A stretch of 64,000 nt of DNA from an uncultured Streptococcus sp. (GCF_963521865.1 NZ_CAUQWY010000001.1:81865-145864); one strand, 5' to 3'. Counted from the stretch's first letter, positions 22,791 through 34,590 are shown. Translations and numbers: made by a program. Notes: a model not told the origin generated them from the sequence alone.

Positions 22791-24014
22791 ATGAAGATTA
22801 GTAAGAGGCACCTATTAAACTATTCTATCCTAGTTCCTTATTTGCTTTTATCTATTTTGGGCTTGATTGTAGTCTATTCTACAACCAGTGCCATTCTTAT
22901 CGAAGAAGGTAAAAGTGCCCTGCAATTAGTTCGAAGTCAGGGAATGTTTTGGGGCTTTAGTTTAATATTGATTGCCTTGATATATAAGCTGAAACTGAAT
23001 TTTTTAAGAAAAGAACGACTTTTATTTATTGTTATGTTTGTTGAGCTAATTTTATTAGCTCTAGCTCGCTTAATTGGTACGCCAGTTAATGGAGCCTATG
23101 GTTGGATATCAGTAGGACCTTTGACCATTCAGCCAGCTGAGTATTTGAAGATTATTATCGTCTGGTACTTGGCCCAACGTTTTTCAAAACAACAGGATGA
23201 AATTGCTGTTTATGATTTCCAAGTCTTAACTCAAAATCAATGGATTCCTCGTGCTTTTAATGATTGGCGTTTTGTCCTCTTGGTAATGATAGGAAGTTTG
23301 GCTATTTTCCCAGATTTGGGGAATGCTACTATCCTAGCTTTGGTTGCCTTGATTATGTATACACTTAGTGGGATTGCTCATCGCTGGTTTGTAGCCTTTA
23401 TCGGTCTTTTGTTTGGCGTTTCCGCCCTTTCCTTAACAGCTATTGATATGATAGGGGTTGATAAGTTTTTAAAAGTTCCAGTATTTGGATATGTGGCCAA
23501 GCGTTTTAGTGCCTACTTTAATCCCTTTGCCGATTTGGCAGGAGCAGGCCACCAACTTGCAAATTCTTACTTTGCCATGGTCAATGGTGGCTGGTTTGGT
23601 CTAGGTTTAGGAAATTCAATCGAAAAACGCGGCTATCTACCAGAAGCCCATACAGACTTTGTATTTTCAATTGTCATTGAAGAATTTGGCTTTGTGGGAG
23701 CCAGCTTGATTTTGGCACTTGTCTTTTTCCTTATTTTACGAATTATCTTAGTCGGTATTCGTGCTAAGAATCCCTTTAATTCCATGATGGCGATTGGGGT
23801 TGGGGGGATGATGTTGGTACAGGTCTTTGTTAATATCGGTGGAATTTCTGGTATTATTCCTTCAACTGGAGTAACCTTCCCTTTCCTATCGCAAGGAGGA
23901 AACAGTCTCCTAGTCTTATCTGTAGCCATCGCCTTTGTCTTAAATATTGATGCAAGTGAAAAACGTGCCCAATTATATGAGGAGTTAGAAGCTCACTCAT
24001 CAAACTATATGTAG
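22791..24014 (+). CDS. ftsW: Cell division SEDS protein FtsW
   Basis: IQPAEYLK, YLPEAHTDFVF, TGVTFPFLSQGG. Confidence 0.93.
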   Translation: MKISKRHLLNYSILVPYLLLSILGLIVVYSTTSAILIEEGKSALQLVRSQGMFWGFSLILIALIYKLKLNFLRKERLLFIVMFVELILLALARLIGTPVNGAYGWISVGPLTIQPAEYLKIIIVWYLAQRFSKQQDEIAVYDFQVLTQNQWIPRAFNDWRFVLLVMIGSLAIFPDLGNATILALVALIMYTLSGIAHRWFVAFIGLLFGVSALSLTAIDMIGVDKFLKVPVFGYVAKRFSAYFNPFADLAGAGHQLANSYFAMVNGGWFGLGLGNSIEKRGYLPEAHTDFVFSIVIEEFGFVGASLILALVFFLILRIILVGIRAKNPFNSMMAIGVGGMMLVQVFVNIGGISGIIPSTGVTFPFLSQGGNSLLVLSVAIAFVLNIDASEKRAQLYEELEAHSSNYM

Positions 24015-24038
24015 AGTTGATAGTGGAAAGGATGACCT

Positions 24039-26735
24039 ATGTCTCTTCAAAAATTAGAAAACTATAGTAATAAAGCTGTTGTGCAAGAAGAAGTATTGAT
24101 TTTAACAGAATTGTTGGAAGATATCACTAAAAACATGCTTGCCCCAGAGACTTTTTATAAAATCATGCAGTTGAAAGAATTATCAACTCAAGAAGATTAT
24201 CAAGGCTTGAACCAATTAGTTACTAGTCTGACAAATGATGAAATGGCTTATATTTCACGCTATTTCTCTATCTTGCCTCTTTTGATTAATATTTCAGAAG
24301 ACGTGGATTTGGCCTATGAAATCAACCATCAAAATAATATCAATCAAGATTATCTTGGTAAATTATCAGCAACGATTAAAATGGTTGCAGAAAAAGAAAA
24401 TGCGGTTGAAATTCTTGAACACTTGAATGTTGTCCCTGTTTTGACAGCCCATCCAACACAAGTGCAACGTAAGAGTATGCTGGATTTGACCAACCATATC
24501 CATACCCTCTTGCGTAAGTATCGTGATGTGAAATTAGGCTTGATTAATAAGGAAAAATGGCATAATGATCTCCGTCGCTACATTGAGATTATCATGCAGA
24601 CAGATATGATTCGTGAAAAGAAATTGAAAGTAACCAATGAAATCACGAATGTTATGGAATACTACAATAGTTCATTCCTGAAAGCTGTTCCTCATTTGAC
24701 TGCTGAGTACAAGCGTCTGGCTAAAAAACACGGTTTGGAGTTGAAACATCCTAAACCAATTACCATGGGAATGTGGATTGGTGGAGACCGTGATGGGAAT
24801 CCCTTTGTGACAGCAGATACCTTGAAACAATCTGCCATGACCCAGTGTGAAGTCATCATGAATTACTATGATGAAAAGATTTACCAACTTTATCGTGAAT
24901 TCTCCCTCTCAACCAGTATTGTCAATGTGAGCAAGCAAGTTAGAGAAATGGCTCGTCAATCCAAGGATAACTCGATCTACCGTGAAAAAGAGCTTTACCG
25001 CCGTGCCTTATTTGATATTCAATCAAAAATCCAAGCGACAAAAACCTATCTGATTGAAGATAAGGAAGTTGGGGCTCGCTATGAAACAGCTAATGATTTT
25101 TATAAAGATTTAATTACCATTCGTGATTCCCTCTTGGAAAATAAGGGTGAAGCACTAATTTCTGGTGATTTTGTTGAGCTGATTCAGGCAGTTGAAATTT
25201 TTGGTTTCTATTTGGCCTCCATCGACATGCGTCAAGATTCTAGTGTTCATGAGGCCTGTGTAGCCGAACTATTGAAATCAGCAGGAATTCATTCTCGTTA
25301 CAGCGAACTAAGTGAAGAGGAAAAATGCCAGCTTCTCTTAAAAGAATTAGAAGAAGATCCACGCATTCTTTCTGCTACTCATGTTGAAAAATCAGACTTA
25401 CTTGAAAAAGAATTGGCAATCTTTAAGGCTGCCCGTAATTTGAAAGATAAGTTGGGTGATGATGTCATTCGTCAGACCATTATTTCACATGCAACTAGCG
25501 TATCAGACATGCTGGAATTGGCTATCTTGCTGAAAGAAGTAGGGCTAGTTGATAAAGAGAGAGCCCGTGTCCAAATTGTCCCTCTTTTTGAAACAATCGA
25601 GGACTTGGACCACTCAGAAGAAACCATGAGGGAATACCTTTCTCTTGGTCTAACTAAGAAATGGATAGCTTCACGTAATAACTACCAGGAAATCATGCTT
25701 GGCTACTCTGACAGTAATAAAGATGGTGGTTACTTATCATCATGTTGGACTCTCTACAAGGCACAACAACAACTGACTGCCATTGGAGATGAATTTGGTG
25801 TTAAGGTTACCTTCTTCCACGGCCGTGGTGGGACTGTCGGTCGTGGTGGTGGACCAACTTATGAAGCTATTACCTCTCAACCGCTCAAGTCTATCAAGGA
25901 TCGTATCCGCTTGACGGAGCAGGGTGAAGTAATTGGCAATAAATATGGTAACAAAGATGCTGCCTATTATAACCTTGAAATGTTGGTTTCAGCAGCCATT
26001 AACCGCATGATTACTCAGTGGAAGAGTGATACCAATACCTCAAATCGCTATGAGGCTATTATGGATCAAGTAGTGGACCGTAGTTATGATATTTACCGAG
26101 ACCTAGTCTTTGGGAATGAACATTTTTATGATTATTTCTTTGAGTCAAGTCCTATTAAGGCCATTTCAAGCTTTAATATCGGTTCTCGTCCAGCTGCTCG
26201 TAAAACCATTACAGAAATAGGTGGTTTACGTGCTATTCCTTGGGTCTTCTCATGGTCACAAAGTCGTGTCATGTTCCCTGGTTGGTATGGTGTCGGATCA
26301 AGCTTCAAGGAGTTTATCGATAAAAATCCAGAGAATATCGCTATCTTACGAGATATGTATCAAAATTGGCCATTTTTCCAATCGCTTCTTTCAAATGTCG
26401 ATATGGTCTTGTCAAAATCGAACATGAATATTGCTTTTGAATATGCTAAGTTATGTGAAGATGATCAAGTGAAAGCTATTTATGATACTATTTTAGACGA
26501 ATGGCAATTAACGAAAAATGTTATCCTAGAGATTGAAGGGTATGACGAATTATTAGCTGAAAATCCATATCTAAAAGCAAGTTTAGATTATCGTATGCCT
26601 TACTTTAATATCCTTAACTATATCCAGTTGGAGTTGATTAAACGTCAACGTCGAGGAGAATTATCAAGCGATCAAGAAAAATTAATTCATACAACCATCA
26701 ACGGAATTGCGACAGGATTGCGTAATTCGGGTTGA
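24039..26735 (+). CDS. ppc: Phosphoenolpyruvate carboxylase
   Basis: [31 protein letters not shown] and C-terminal GLRNSG. Confidence 0.98.
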   Translation: MSLQKLENYSNKAVVQEEVLILTELLEDITKNMLAPETFYKIMQLKELSTQEDYQGLNQLVTSLTNDEMAYISRYFSILPLLINISEDVDLAYEINHQNNINQDYLGKLSATIKMVAEKENAVEILEHLNVVPVLTAHPTQVQRKSMLDLTNHIHTLLRKYRDVKLGLINKEKWHNDLRRYIEIIMQTDMIREKKLKVTNEITNVMEYYNSSFLKAVPHLTAEYKRLAKKHGLELKHPKPITMGMWIGGDRDGNPFVTADTLKQSAMTQCEVIMNYYDEKIYQLYREFSLSTSIVNVSKQVREMARQSKDNSIYREKELYRRALFDIQSKIQATKTYLIEDKEVGARYETANDFYKDLITIRDSLLENKGEALISGDFVELIQAVEIFGFYLASIDMRQDSSVHEACVAELLKSAGIHSRYSELSEEEKCQLLLKELEEDPRILSATHVEKSDLLEKELAIFKAARNLKDKLGDDVIRQTIISHATSVSDMLELAILLKEVGLVDKERARVQIVPLFETIEDLDHSEETMREYLSLGLTKKWIASRNNYQEIMLGYSDSNKDGGYLSSCWTLYKAQQQLTAIGDEFGVKVTFFHGRGGTVGRGGGPTYEAITSQPLKSIKDRIRLTEQGEVIGNKYGNKDAAYYNLEMLVSAAINRMITQWKSDTNTSNRYEAIMDQVVDRSYDIYRDLVFGNEHFYDYFFESSPIKAISSFNIGSRPAARKTITEIGGLRAIPWVFSWSQSRVMFPGWYGVGSSFKEFIDKNPENIAILRDMYQNWPFFQSLLSNVDMVLSKSNMNIAFEYAKLCEDDQVKAIYDTILDEWQLTKNVILEIEGYDELLAENPYLKASLDYRMPYFNILNYIQLELIKRQRRGELSSDQEKLIHTTINGIATGLRNSG

Positions 26736-26743
26736 TCCCTTTC

Positions 26744-26774
26744 AAACTTCCTCTGTTCTATAGGGGAAGTTTTT
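26744..26774 (+). terminator. Terminator after ppc
   Basis: AAACTTCCTCT...AGGGGAAGTTTTT hairpin. Confidence 0.7.
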
Positions 26775-26803
26775 GAATATTTCAAAAAAATACTAAAAGA
26801 GTC

Positions 26804-26831
26804 TTGACAAGTAATTGAAAAATGATATAAT
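26804..26831 (+). promoter_or_regulatory. sigma-A promoter of the T-box leader
   Basis: TTGACA, 16 bp spacer, TATAAT with extended TG. Confidence 0.85.
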
Positions 26832-26832
26832 T

Positions 26833-27075
26833 TAAACATTCAGAAAAGTAATCATTCAAACTTTTTAGAGAGTCTGTGGTAGCTGAAAACAGATAAGTGA
26901 TGATGATGAAAATTGGGCTGGATGTTATTTAGAATTTGAAATCATAAAAATTCGGTGAGCACACCTTACAGTGCATCTCGTTATTGCGAGACTGAGCGAT
27001 AGGGAAATTCCCTGTAATTGAGGTGGTACCGCGCATCGACGTCCTCACACAAGTTTTTTGTGTGAGGACTTTTTT
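26833..27075 (+). ncRNA. T-box riboswitch, probably Trp-specific
   Basis: T-box AATTGAGGTGGTACCGCG; AGAGA and GCTG stem I motifs; candidate specifier GAAAAT-TGG-G; terminator GTCCTCACACAA/TTGTGTGAGGAC plus T run. Confidence 0.9.
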
Positions 27076-27088
27076 ATAGGAGGTTTGT

Positions 27089-27148
27089 ATGGAAAGAAAA
27101 CGATGGCGTCGCTTGTTTATACTCAATGAAAATCAAAAAGTAAACTAG
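27089..27148 (+). CDS. Putative leader peptide MERKRWRRLF, extended by the BOX insertion to 19 aa
   Basis: AGGAGG 5 nt before the ATG; single Trp codon at 27104-27106. Confidence 0.45.
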   Translation: MERKRWRRLFILNENQKVN

Positions 27149-27271
27149 GAAGCTAGCCGCAGGTTGCTCAAAGCACTGCTTTGAGGTTGTGGATAGAACT
27201 GACGAAGTCAGTAACCATAGCTACGGTAAGGCGACGCTGACGTGGTTTGAAGAGATTTTCGAAGAGTATTA
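27118..27271 (+). repeat. BOX element (boxA-boxB-boxC)
   Basis: Close match to 7486-7639. Confidence 0.93.
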
Positions 27272-27312
27272 GATAAGTGAAGTATTTTAAAGAAATAAAA
27301 AGGAGAAATAGA

Positions 27313-28308
27313 ATGAAAAATAAACGTTTAATTGGAATTATCGCTGCCTTAGCAGTCTTAGTAGCAGGAAGTTTGATTTACTCTTCAATGAATAAACCAG
27401 AAGCTAAGAATGAAAAGAAAGTAGCTAAAGTTGGTGTTCTTCAGTTTGTCAGCCATCCATCTCTTGATTTGATTTATAAAGGGATTCAAGATGGACTTGC
27501 AGAAGAAGGCTATAAAGATGACCAAGTTAAAATCGACTTTATGAACTCAGAAGGTGACCAAAGTAAGGTTGCGACAATGAGTAAACAATTGGTTGCAAAT
27601 GGCAATGACCTTGTGGTTGGTATTGCAACACCAGCAGCTCAAGGATTGGCTAGCGCCACAAAAGACCTACCAGTTATCATGGCTGCTATTACAGACCCAA
27701 TTGGTGCTAATTTGGTTAAAGATTTGAAAAAACCAGGTGGCAACATTACAGGGGTGTCTGACCACAATCCAGCTCAACAACAAGTTGAACTCATCAAGGC
27801 TCTAACACCAAATGTGAAAACAATCGGAGCTCTTTACTCAAGTAGCGAAGACAATTCAAAAACACAGGTCGAAGAATTTAAGGCTTATGCTGAAAAAGCA
27901 GGTTTGACAGTGGAAACATTTGCGGTTCCTTCAACAAATGAAATTGCTTCAACAGTCAACGTTATGACTAGCAAGGTCGATGCTATCTGGGTTCCAATCG
28001 ACAACACAATCGCATCTGCATTTTCAACAGTTGTATCAAGCAACCAATCAGCTAAAAAACCAATCTACCCAAGCGCAACTGCCATGGTAGAAGCTGGTGG
28101 TTTGGCATCAGTTGTAGTTGACCAACACGACCTTGGTGTGGCAACTGGTAAAATGATTGCGCAAGTCTTGAAAGGTGCAAAACCAGCTGATACTCCAGTT
28201 AATGTCTTTTCAACTGGTAAATCAGTAATCAATAAAAAATTGGCACAAGAGTTAGGTATTACTATTCCTGAGTCTGTTCTCAAAGAAGCAGGACAAGTGA
28301 TTGAATAA
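27313..28308 (+). CDS. ABC transporter substrate-binding protein (TrpX-like, tryptophan inferred)
   Basis: VGVLQFVSHPSLD, IATPAAQ and NITGVSD; lies downstream of the Trp-type T-box. Confidence 0.85.
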   Translation: MKNKRLIGIIAALAVLVAGSLIYSSMNKPEAKNEKKVAKVGVLQFVSHPSLDLIYKGIQDGLAEEGYKDDQVKIDFMNSEGDQSKVATMSKQLVANGNDLVVGIATPAAQGLASATKDLPVIMAAITDPIGANLVKDLKKPGGNITGVSDHNPAQQQVELIKALTPNVKTIGALYSSSEDNSKTQVEEFKAYAEKAGLTVETFAVPSTNEIASTVNVMTSKVDAIWVPIDNTIASAFSTVVSSNQSAKKPIYPSATAMVEAGGLASVVVDQHDLGVATGKMIAQVLKGAKPADTPVNVFSTGKSVINKKLAQELGITIPESVLKEAGQVIE

Positions 28309-28315
28309 TCTGTAA

Positions 28316-28348
28316 TGGAGGAGTTGGGGACATCTCCTCCAATTTTTT
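28316..28348 (+). terminator. Intra-operon hairpin after the substrate-binding gene
   Basis: TGGAGGAG...CTCCTCCA followed by ATTTTTT. Confidence 0.55.
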
Positions 28349-28383
28349 ACAATAGAAATCATATAGAAAAGGTTAAGAAACAG

Positions 28384-29250
28384 ATGATATTATCTATTAT
28401 TTCTCAAGGATTTGTCTGGGCTATTTTAGGTCTGGGAATCTTTATGACATTTAGGATCCTAAACTTTCCAGATATGACGACAGAAGGTTCTTTCCCTCTT
28501 GGGGGAGCTGTTGCTGTCACTCTGATAACCAAAGGTGTAAATCCCTTTTTAGCGACTCTTGTTGCTGTTGGAGCAGGTTGTTTGGCTGGAATGGCAGCAG
28601 GACTTCTTTATACAAAAGGGAAGATCCCAACCTTGCTCTCAGGGATTTTGGTAATGACTTCCTGTCACTCTATCATGCTATTGATTATGGGACGTGCAAA
28701 TTTAGGACTGCTTGGAACCAAGCAAATTCAGGATGTCTTGCCTTTTACTTCAGATTTGAACCAACTATTGACAGGTCTTATCTTTGTCAGTCTTGTCATT
28801 GCTCTCATGCTCTTTTTCTTGGACACCAAACTCGGACAAGCCTATATTGCTACAGGTGACAATCCTGATATGGCTAGAAGTTTCGGGATTCATACTGGAC
28901 GCATGGAGCTTATGGGTTTGGTCTTATCAAATGGTGTGATTGCCCTTGCAGGAGCTCTCATTGCCCAGCAAGAAGGCTATGCTGATGTATCTCGAGGAAT
29001 AGGGGTTATCGTTGTAGGTCTTGCAAGTTTGATTATTGGGGAAGTTATTTTCAAGAGTTTGAGTTTGGCAGAGCGCTTGGTTGCCATCGTTGTGGGTTCT
29101 ATCGCCTATCAATTCTTAGTGTGGGCAGTTATCGCTCTTGGATTTAATACAAGTTACCTTCGTTTATACAGTGCCTTGATTTTGGCAGTCTGCCTCATGA
29201 TTCCAACATTTAAGCAAACAATCTTGAAAGGAGCCAAGTTAAGCAAATGA
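28384..29250 (+). CDS. ABC transporter permease (TrpY-like)
   Basis: FPDMTTEGSFPLG and multiple TM segments. Confidence 0.88.
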   Translation: MILSIISQGFVWAILGLGIFMTFRILNFPDMTTEGSFPLGGAVAVTLITKGVNPFLATLVAVGAGCLAGMAAGLLYTKGKIPTLLSGILVMTSCHSIMLLIMGRANLGLLGTKQIQDVLPFTSDLNQLLTGLIFVSLVIALMLFFLDTKLGQAYIATGDNPDMARSFGIHTGRMELMGLVLSNGVIALAGALIAQQEGYADVSRGIGVIVVGLASLIIGEVIFKSLSLAERLVAIVVGSIAYQFLVWAVIALGFNTSYLRLYSALILAVCLMIPTFKQTILKGAKLSK

Positions 29251-30005
29251 CAGCAATTGTAGAATTAAAAAATGCAACCAAAGTTGTTAAAAATGGCTTT
29301 GATGAAGAAAAGATTATTTTAAATGATGTTTCCTTAGAAATCTTTGAACAGGACTTTATCACGATTTTAGGTGGAAATGGTGCTGGTAAATCAACCCTCT
29401 TTAACACTATTGCAGGAACCTTATCACTAACCAGTGGAACTATTCGTATTTTGGGTGAAGATGTTACCAAGTTTTCACCAGAGAAGAGAGCCAAGTATCT
29501 GTCTCGTGTTTTCCAAGATCCAAAGATGGGGACAGCCCCTCGTATGACGGTTGCTGAAAATCTTTTAATTGCTAAGTTTCGTGGTGAAAAGCGTGGATTG
29601 TTACCACGACGCTTGACTAGCTATAAGGATGAGTTTCAGGTAACCATTGAAAAAGTAGGAAATGGTCTTGAGAAACACTTGAATACACCGATTGAGTTCT
29701 TATCAGGTGGACAAAGACAGGCCTTGAGTCTCTTGATGGCAACCTTGAAGCGACCTGAGTTGCTCTTGTTAGATGAGCATACTGCTGCCCTTGATCCAAA
29801 GACCAGTGTGGCCTTGATGGAATTGACAGATGAATTTGTTAAGAAAGATCAGCTGACAGCCCTTATGATTACTCATCATATGGAAGATGCTCTCAAATAC
29901 GGCAATCGCTTGATTGTCATGAAAGAAGGACGGATTATCCAAGACTTAAACCAAGAAGAAAAAGCAAAGATGAAGATTTCAGACTACTATCAATTATTTG
30001 AATAG
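29247..30005 (+). CDS. ABC transporter ATP-binding protein (TrpZ-like)
   Basis: GGNGAGKST, LSGGQRQ, LLLLDEH. Confidence 0.92.
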   Translation: MTAIVELKNATKVVKNGFDEEKIILNDVSLEIFEQDFITILGGNGAGKSTLFNTIAGTLSLTSGTIRILGEDVTKFSPEKRAKYLSRVFQDPKMGTAPRMTVAENLLIAKFRGEKRGLLPRRLTSYKDEFQVTIEKVGNGLEKHLNTPIEFLSGGQRQALSLLMATLKRPELLLLDEHTAALDPKTSVALMELTDEFVKKDQLTALMITHHMEDALKYGNRLIVMKEGRIIQDLNQEEKAKMKISDYYQLFE

Positions 30006-30199
30006 ATAATCTCTATTTTCATCAAAAATTGTGAAGCAAAACTTAGAGGCATGGAAGTGTTTCTGAGTTTTTTATCTTCTCTTGAAATTTTAAAAAATGA
30101 AGCAAAGAGAATTACGGAAAGTGTATGAAATGGTTTACTTTTTTTCTGAAATAAAGTATACTATATAAAGTAAACTATGATAACATGGAGGTATTGTGT

Positions 30200-31960
30200 A
30201 TGGTTGACAAACAAGTCATTGAAGAAATCAAAAACAATGCCAACATTGTGGAAGTCATAGGAGATGTGATTTCTTTACAAAAGGCAGGACGGAACTATCT
30301 AGGGCTCTGTCCTTTTCATGGTGAAAAAACACCTTCTTTCAACGTTGTAGAGGACAAGCAGTTTTACCACTGTTTTGGTTGTGGTCGCTCGGGTGACGTC
30401 TTTAAGTTCATAGAGGAGTACCAAGGTGTTCCATTTATGGAGGCTGTCCAAATCTTAGGTCAGCGTGTTGGGATAGAGGTAGAAAAACCGCTTTATAGTG
30501 AACAGAAGCAAGTTTCGCCTCACCAAGCTCTTTATGATATGCACGAAGATGCAGCCAAATTTTATCATGCTATTCTCATGACAACAACCATGGGGGAGGA
30601 GGCCAGAAACTACCTTTATCAGCGTGGTTTGACAGATGAAGTGCTCAAACATTTTCGGATTGGTTTAGCACCTCCAGAACGCAACTATCTGTATCAACGT
30701 TTGTCTGGCCAGTATCGTGAAGAGGATTTATTGGATTCGGGACTGTTTTATCTATCGGAGGCTAATCAATTTGTAGATACCTTTCACAATCGCATTATGT
30801 TTCCTCTGACAAATGACCAGGGAAAGGTCATTGCCTTCTCAGGTCGTATCTGGCAGAAAACGGATTCACAAACTTCTAAGTATAAAAATAGCCGATCAAC
30901 TGCAATTTTTAATAAAAGTTACGAATTATATCATATGGATAGGGCTAAAAAATCTTCTGGAAAAGTCAGTGAGATTTACCTGATGGAAGGGTTCATGGAT
31001 GTCATTGCAGCCTATCGGGCTGGAATCGAAAACGCTGTCGCATCTATGGGAACAGCCTTGAGTCGAGAGCATGTTGAGCATCTGAAAAGGTTAACCAAGA
31101 AGTTAGTCCTTGTTTACGATGGCGATAAGGCTGGGCAAGCCGCGACATTGAAAGCCTTGGATGAAATTGGTGATATGCCTGTGCAAATCGTCAGCATGCC
31201 TGATAACTTGGATCCAGATGAGTATCTACAAAAAAATGGTCCAGAAGACTTGGCCTATCTATTAAAGAAAACTCGTATTAGTCCGATTGAGTTCTACATT
31301 CACCAGTACAAACCTGAAAACAGTGAAAATCTGCAGGCCCAGATTGAGTTTATTGAAAAAATAGCTCCCTTGATTGTTCAAGAAAAGTCCATCACTGCTC
31401 AAAACAGCTATATTCATATTTTAGCTGACAGTCTGGCATCCTTTGATTATGCCCAGATTGAGCAGATTGTTAATGAAAGCCGTCAGGCACAAAGGCAGAA
31501 TCGCATGGAAGGGATTTCCAGACCGACGCAAATCACTATGCCTGTCACCAAGCAGTTATCGGCTATTATGAGAGCAGAAGCTCATTTACTTTATCGAATG
31601 ATGGAATCTCCCCTTATTTTGAATGATTACCGTTTGCGAGAAGACTTTGCATTTGACACTCCTGAATTTCAGGTCTTATATGACTTGCTTGGTCAGTATG
31701 GCAATCTTCCTCCAGAAGTTCTAGCAGAACAGACAGAGGAAGTTGAAAGAGCTTGGTACCAAGTCTTAGCTCAGGATTTGCCTGCTGAGATGTCACCGCA
31801 GGAACTTAGTGAAGTAGAGATGACTCGAAACAAGGCTCTCTTGAATCAGGACAATATGAGAATCAAAAAGAAGGTGCAGGAAGCTAGCCATGTAGGAGAT
31901 ACCGACACAGCCCTAGAAGAATTGGAACGTTTAATTTCCCAAAAGAGAAGAATGGAGTAA
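30200..31960 (+). CDS. dnaG: DNA primase
   Basis: CPFH...CFGC zinc motif, EGFMDV and TOPRIM YDGD. Confidence 0.97.
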   Translation: MVDKQVIEEIKNNANIVEVIGDVISLQKAGRNYLGLCPFHGEKTPSFNVVEDKQFYHCFGCGRSGDVFKFIEEYQGVPFMEAVQILGQRVGIEVEKPLYSEQKQVSPHQALYDMHEDAAKFYHAILMTTTMGEEARNYLYQRGLTDEVLKHFRIGLAPPERNYLYQRLSGQYREEDLLDSGLFYLSEANQFVDTFHNRIMFPLTNDQGKVIAFSGRIWQKTDSQTSKYKNSRSTAIFNKSYELYHMDRAKKSSGKVSEIYLMEGFMDVIAAYRAGIENAVASMGTALSREHVEHLKRLTKKLVLVYDGDKAGQAATLKALDEIGDMPVQIVSMPDNLDPDEYLQKNGPEDLAYLLKKTRISPIEFYIHQYKPENSENLQAQIEFIEKIAPLIVQEKSITAQNSYIHILADSLASFDYAQIEQIVNESRQAQRQNRMEGISRPTQITMPVTKQLSAIMRAEAHLLYRMMESPLILNDYRLREDFAFDTPEFQVLYDLLGQYGNLPPEVLAEQTEEVERAWYQVLAQDLPAEMSPQELSEVEMTRNKALLNQDNMRIKKKVQEASHVGDTDTALEELERLISQKRRME

Positions 31961-31962
31961 TA

Positions 31963-33072
31963 ATGGCAACAAAACAAAAAGAAGTAACAACATTTGACGT
32001 ACAAGTAGCAGAATTTATCCGTAATCATAAGCAAAAAGGGACAGCAACAGACGATGAAATTAATGCTAGTCTAGTCATTCCTTTTACCTTGGATGCTGAT
32101 GGGATAGAAGATCTTTTGCAACGGATTCAGGATGCAGGGATTTCAATCACAGATAACGAAGGAAATCCAAGTGCGCGTGTTCTTAGTGCAGAAGAAGAAC
32201 CAGAACTCAGCGACGAGGACTTGATTGGTTCAACTTCGGCTAAGGTCAACGACCCTGTCCGTATGTACTTGAAAGAAATTGGTGTCGTTCCCCTCTTGAC
32301 CAATGAAGAGGAAAAAGAATTGGCACTAGCAGTTGAAGCTGGCGATATCGAAGCTAAACAACGTCTTGCGGAAGCCAACCTTCGTTTGGTTGTTTCTATT
32401 GCTAAACGCTATGTTGGTCGTGGTATGCAGTTCCTTGACTTGATTCAAGAAGGGAACATGGGCTTGATGAAGGCGGTTGACAAGTTTGACTACTCTAAAG
32501 GATTCAAGTTCTCAACTTACGCAACTTGGTGGATTCGTCAGGCTATCACTCGTGCTATTGCGGATCAAGCTCGTACCATCCGCATCCCAGTTCACATGGT
32601 TGAAACCATCAATAAATTGGTTCGTGAACAGCGTAATCTCCTTCAAGAATTAGGTCAAGATCCAACACCAGAACAAATCGCTGAACGTATGGATATGACT
32701 CCTGATAAGGTTCGTGAAATCTTGAAGATTGCCCAAGAACCAGTATCTCTTGAAACACCAATCGGTGAAGAAGATGATAGCCATCTTGGAGACTTTATTG
32801 AAGATGAAGTGATTGAGAATCCAGTGGACTATACAACTCGTATCGTCTTGCGTGAGCAGTTGGATGAGGTCTTGGATACTCTTACAGATCGTGAAGAAAA
32901 TGTTCTGCGTCTGCGTTTCGGATTAGATGATGGAAAAATGCGTACCCTTGAAGATGTAGGTAAAGTCTTTAACGTGACTCGCGAGCGTATCCGTCAGATT
33001 GAAGCTAAGGCTTTGAGAAAACTACGTCAACCAAGTCGCAGCAAACCGCTTCGTGATTTTATTGAAGACTAG
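31963..33072 (+). CDS. rpoD: Primary sigma factor
   Basis: [32 protein letters not shown]. Confidence 0.98.
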   Translation: MATKQKEVTTFDVQVAEFIRNHKQKGTATDDEINASLVIPFTLDADGIEDLLQRIQDAGISITDNEGNPSARVLSAEEEPELSDEDLIGSTSAKVNDPVRMYLKEIGVVPLLTNEEEKELALAVEAGDIEAKQRLAEANLRLVVSIAKRYVGRGMQFLDLIQEGNMGLMKAVDKFDYSKGFKFSTYATWWIRQAITRAIADQARTIRIPVHMVETINKLVREQRNLLQELGQDPTPEQIAERMDMTPDKVREILKIAQEPVSLETPIGEEDDSHLGDFIEDEVIENPVDYTTRIVLREQLDEVLDTLTDREENVLRLRFGLDDGKMRTLEDVGKVFNVTRERIRQIEAKALRKLRQPSRSKPLRDFIED

Positions 33073-33086
33073 GAGTGAGGATAAAT

Positions 33087-33416
33087 ATGGCTTATACAGA
33101 AGAGCAAATTGAAAACATCAAAACACGAATTTTAACAGCCTTGGAAGAAGTTATTGACCCTGAGTTGGGAATCGATATTGTCAATCTTGGTTTGATTTAT
33201 GAGATTCGTTTTGACGGCGAAACAGGGCAAACTGAGATTGATATGACACTCACTACTATGGGTTGCCCTTTGGCAGATCTCTTGACGGATCAGATTTATG
33301 ATGCCATGACAGAGGTGCCAGAAGTAACGGATACTGAGGTCAAATTAGTCTGGTATCCAGCCTGGACAGTTGAAAAAATGAGTCGCTACGCACGCATTGC
33401 CTTAGGCATTAAGTAA
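33087..33416 (+). CDS. DUF59/SufT-like metal-sulfur cluster assembly factor
   Basis: VIDPELGIDIVNLGLIY, TTMGCP, VWYPAW. Confidence 0.88.
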   Translation: MAYTEEQIENIKTRILTALEEVIDPELGIDIVNLGLIYEIRFDGETGQTEIDMTLTTMGCPLADLLTDQIYDAMTEVPEVTDTEVKLVWYPAWTVEKMSRYARIALGIK

Positions 33417-33531
33417 ACAAATAAAAGGATGTGAGAGACCATTGGAAAAGAGAGGAAGTTTCCCTTTCTTTTCCTCTAGTCTCTCCTTTCTTTTGCTGAT
33501 TTTATTCAAAGAAAATGATATAATAGTAGTT

Positions 33532-34575
33532 ATGGAAAAAAAGAAATTACGCATCAATATGTTGAGTTCAAGTGAGAAAGTAGCAGGGCAGGGAGTCTCA
33601 GGTGCCTATCGTGAATTAGTTCGTCTTCTTTACCGTGATGCCAAGGACCAATTGATTGTTACAGAAAATCTTCCAATCGAGGCAGATGTGACTCACTTTC
33701 ATACAATTGATTTCCCCTATTATTTATCAACATTCCAAAAGAAGCGCTCAGGTAGGAAAATTGGCTATGTGCATTTCTTACCTGATACACTTGAGGGGAG
33801 TTTGAAAATTCCATTTTTCTTAAAGGGAATTGTTAAACGCTATGTATTTTCTTTTTACAACCGGATGGAGCACTTGGTTGTTGTTAATCCTATGTTTATT
33901 GAGGATTTGGTGGCAGCTGGTATTCCACGTGAAAAAGTAACCTATATTCCTAACTTTGTCAACAAAGAAAAATGGCATCCCCTTCCACAAGAAGAGGTAG
34001 AGAGAGTGAGAGCAGAACTTGGTGTTAGTGACAATCAGTTTATCGTAGTAGGTGCTGGTCAAGTCCAGAAACGCAAAGGGATTGATGATTTTATCCGTCT
34101 GGCTGAGGAATTGCCTCAGATTACCTTTATCTGGGCGGGTGGTTTCTCATTTGGTGGTATGACAGATGGTTATGAACGCTACAAGAAAATGATGGATAAT
34201 CCACCTGAAAATTTGATGTTTCCAGGCATTGTGTCCCCAGAGCGAATGCGTGAATTGTATGCCCTAGCGGATCTTTTCTTGTTGCCTAGTTATAATGAGC
34301 TCTTTCCTATGACTATTTTAGAGGCTGCCAGTTGCGAAGCTCCTATTATGCTACGTGATTTAGATCTCTATAAGGTTATTTTGGAGGGAAATTATCGGGA
34401 GACAGCAGATAGAGAAGAGATGAAAGAAGCTATTTTAGAATATCAAGCAAATCCTGTTGCCTTAAAAGATCTCAAAGAAAAAGCTAAGAATATTTCTAGA
34501 GAGTATTCTGAAGAGCATCTGTTACAAATTTGGTTGGACTTTTATGAGAAACAAGCCGCTTTAGGGAGAAAGTAA
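33532..34575 (+). CDS. cpoA: Glycolipid glycosyltransferase CpoA (GT4)
   Basis: GQGVSGAY, RKGIDDF and PSYNELFPMTILEA; adjacent to a second GT4. Confidence 0.85.
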   Translation: MEKKKLRINMLSSSEKVAGQGVSGAYRELVRLLYRDAKDQLIVTENLPIEADVTHFHTIDFPYYLSTFQKKRSGRKIGYVHFLPDTLEGSLKIPFFLKGIVKRYVFSFYNRMEHLVVVNPMFIEDLVAAGIPREKVTYIPNFVNKEKWHPLPQEEVERVRAELGVSDNQFIVVGAGQVQKRKGIDDFIRLAEELPQITFIWAGGFSFGGMTDGYERYKKMMDNPPENLMFPGIVSPERMRELYALADLFLLPSYNELFPMTILEAASCEAPIMLRDLDLYKVILEGNYRETADREEMKEAILEYQANPVALKDLKEKAKNISREYSEEHLLQIWLDFYEKQAALGRK

Positions 34576-34590
34576 AAAGTGAGGTAATCT

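Noticed and set aside
26929..27126. 65 aa minus-strand ORF
   Set aside because: Antisense to the T-box leader, with no recognisable RBS or protein features.
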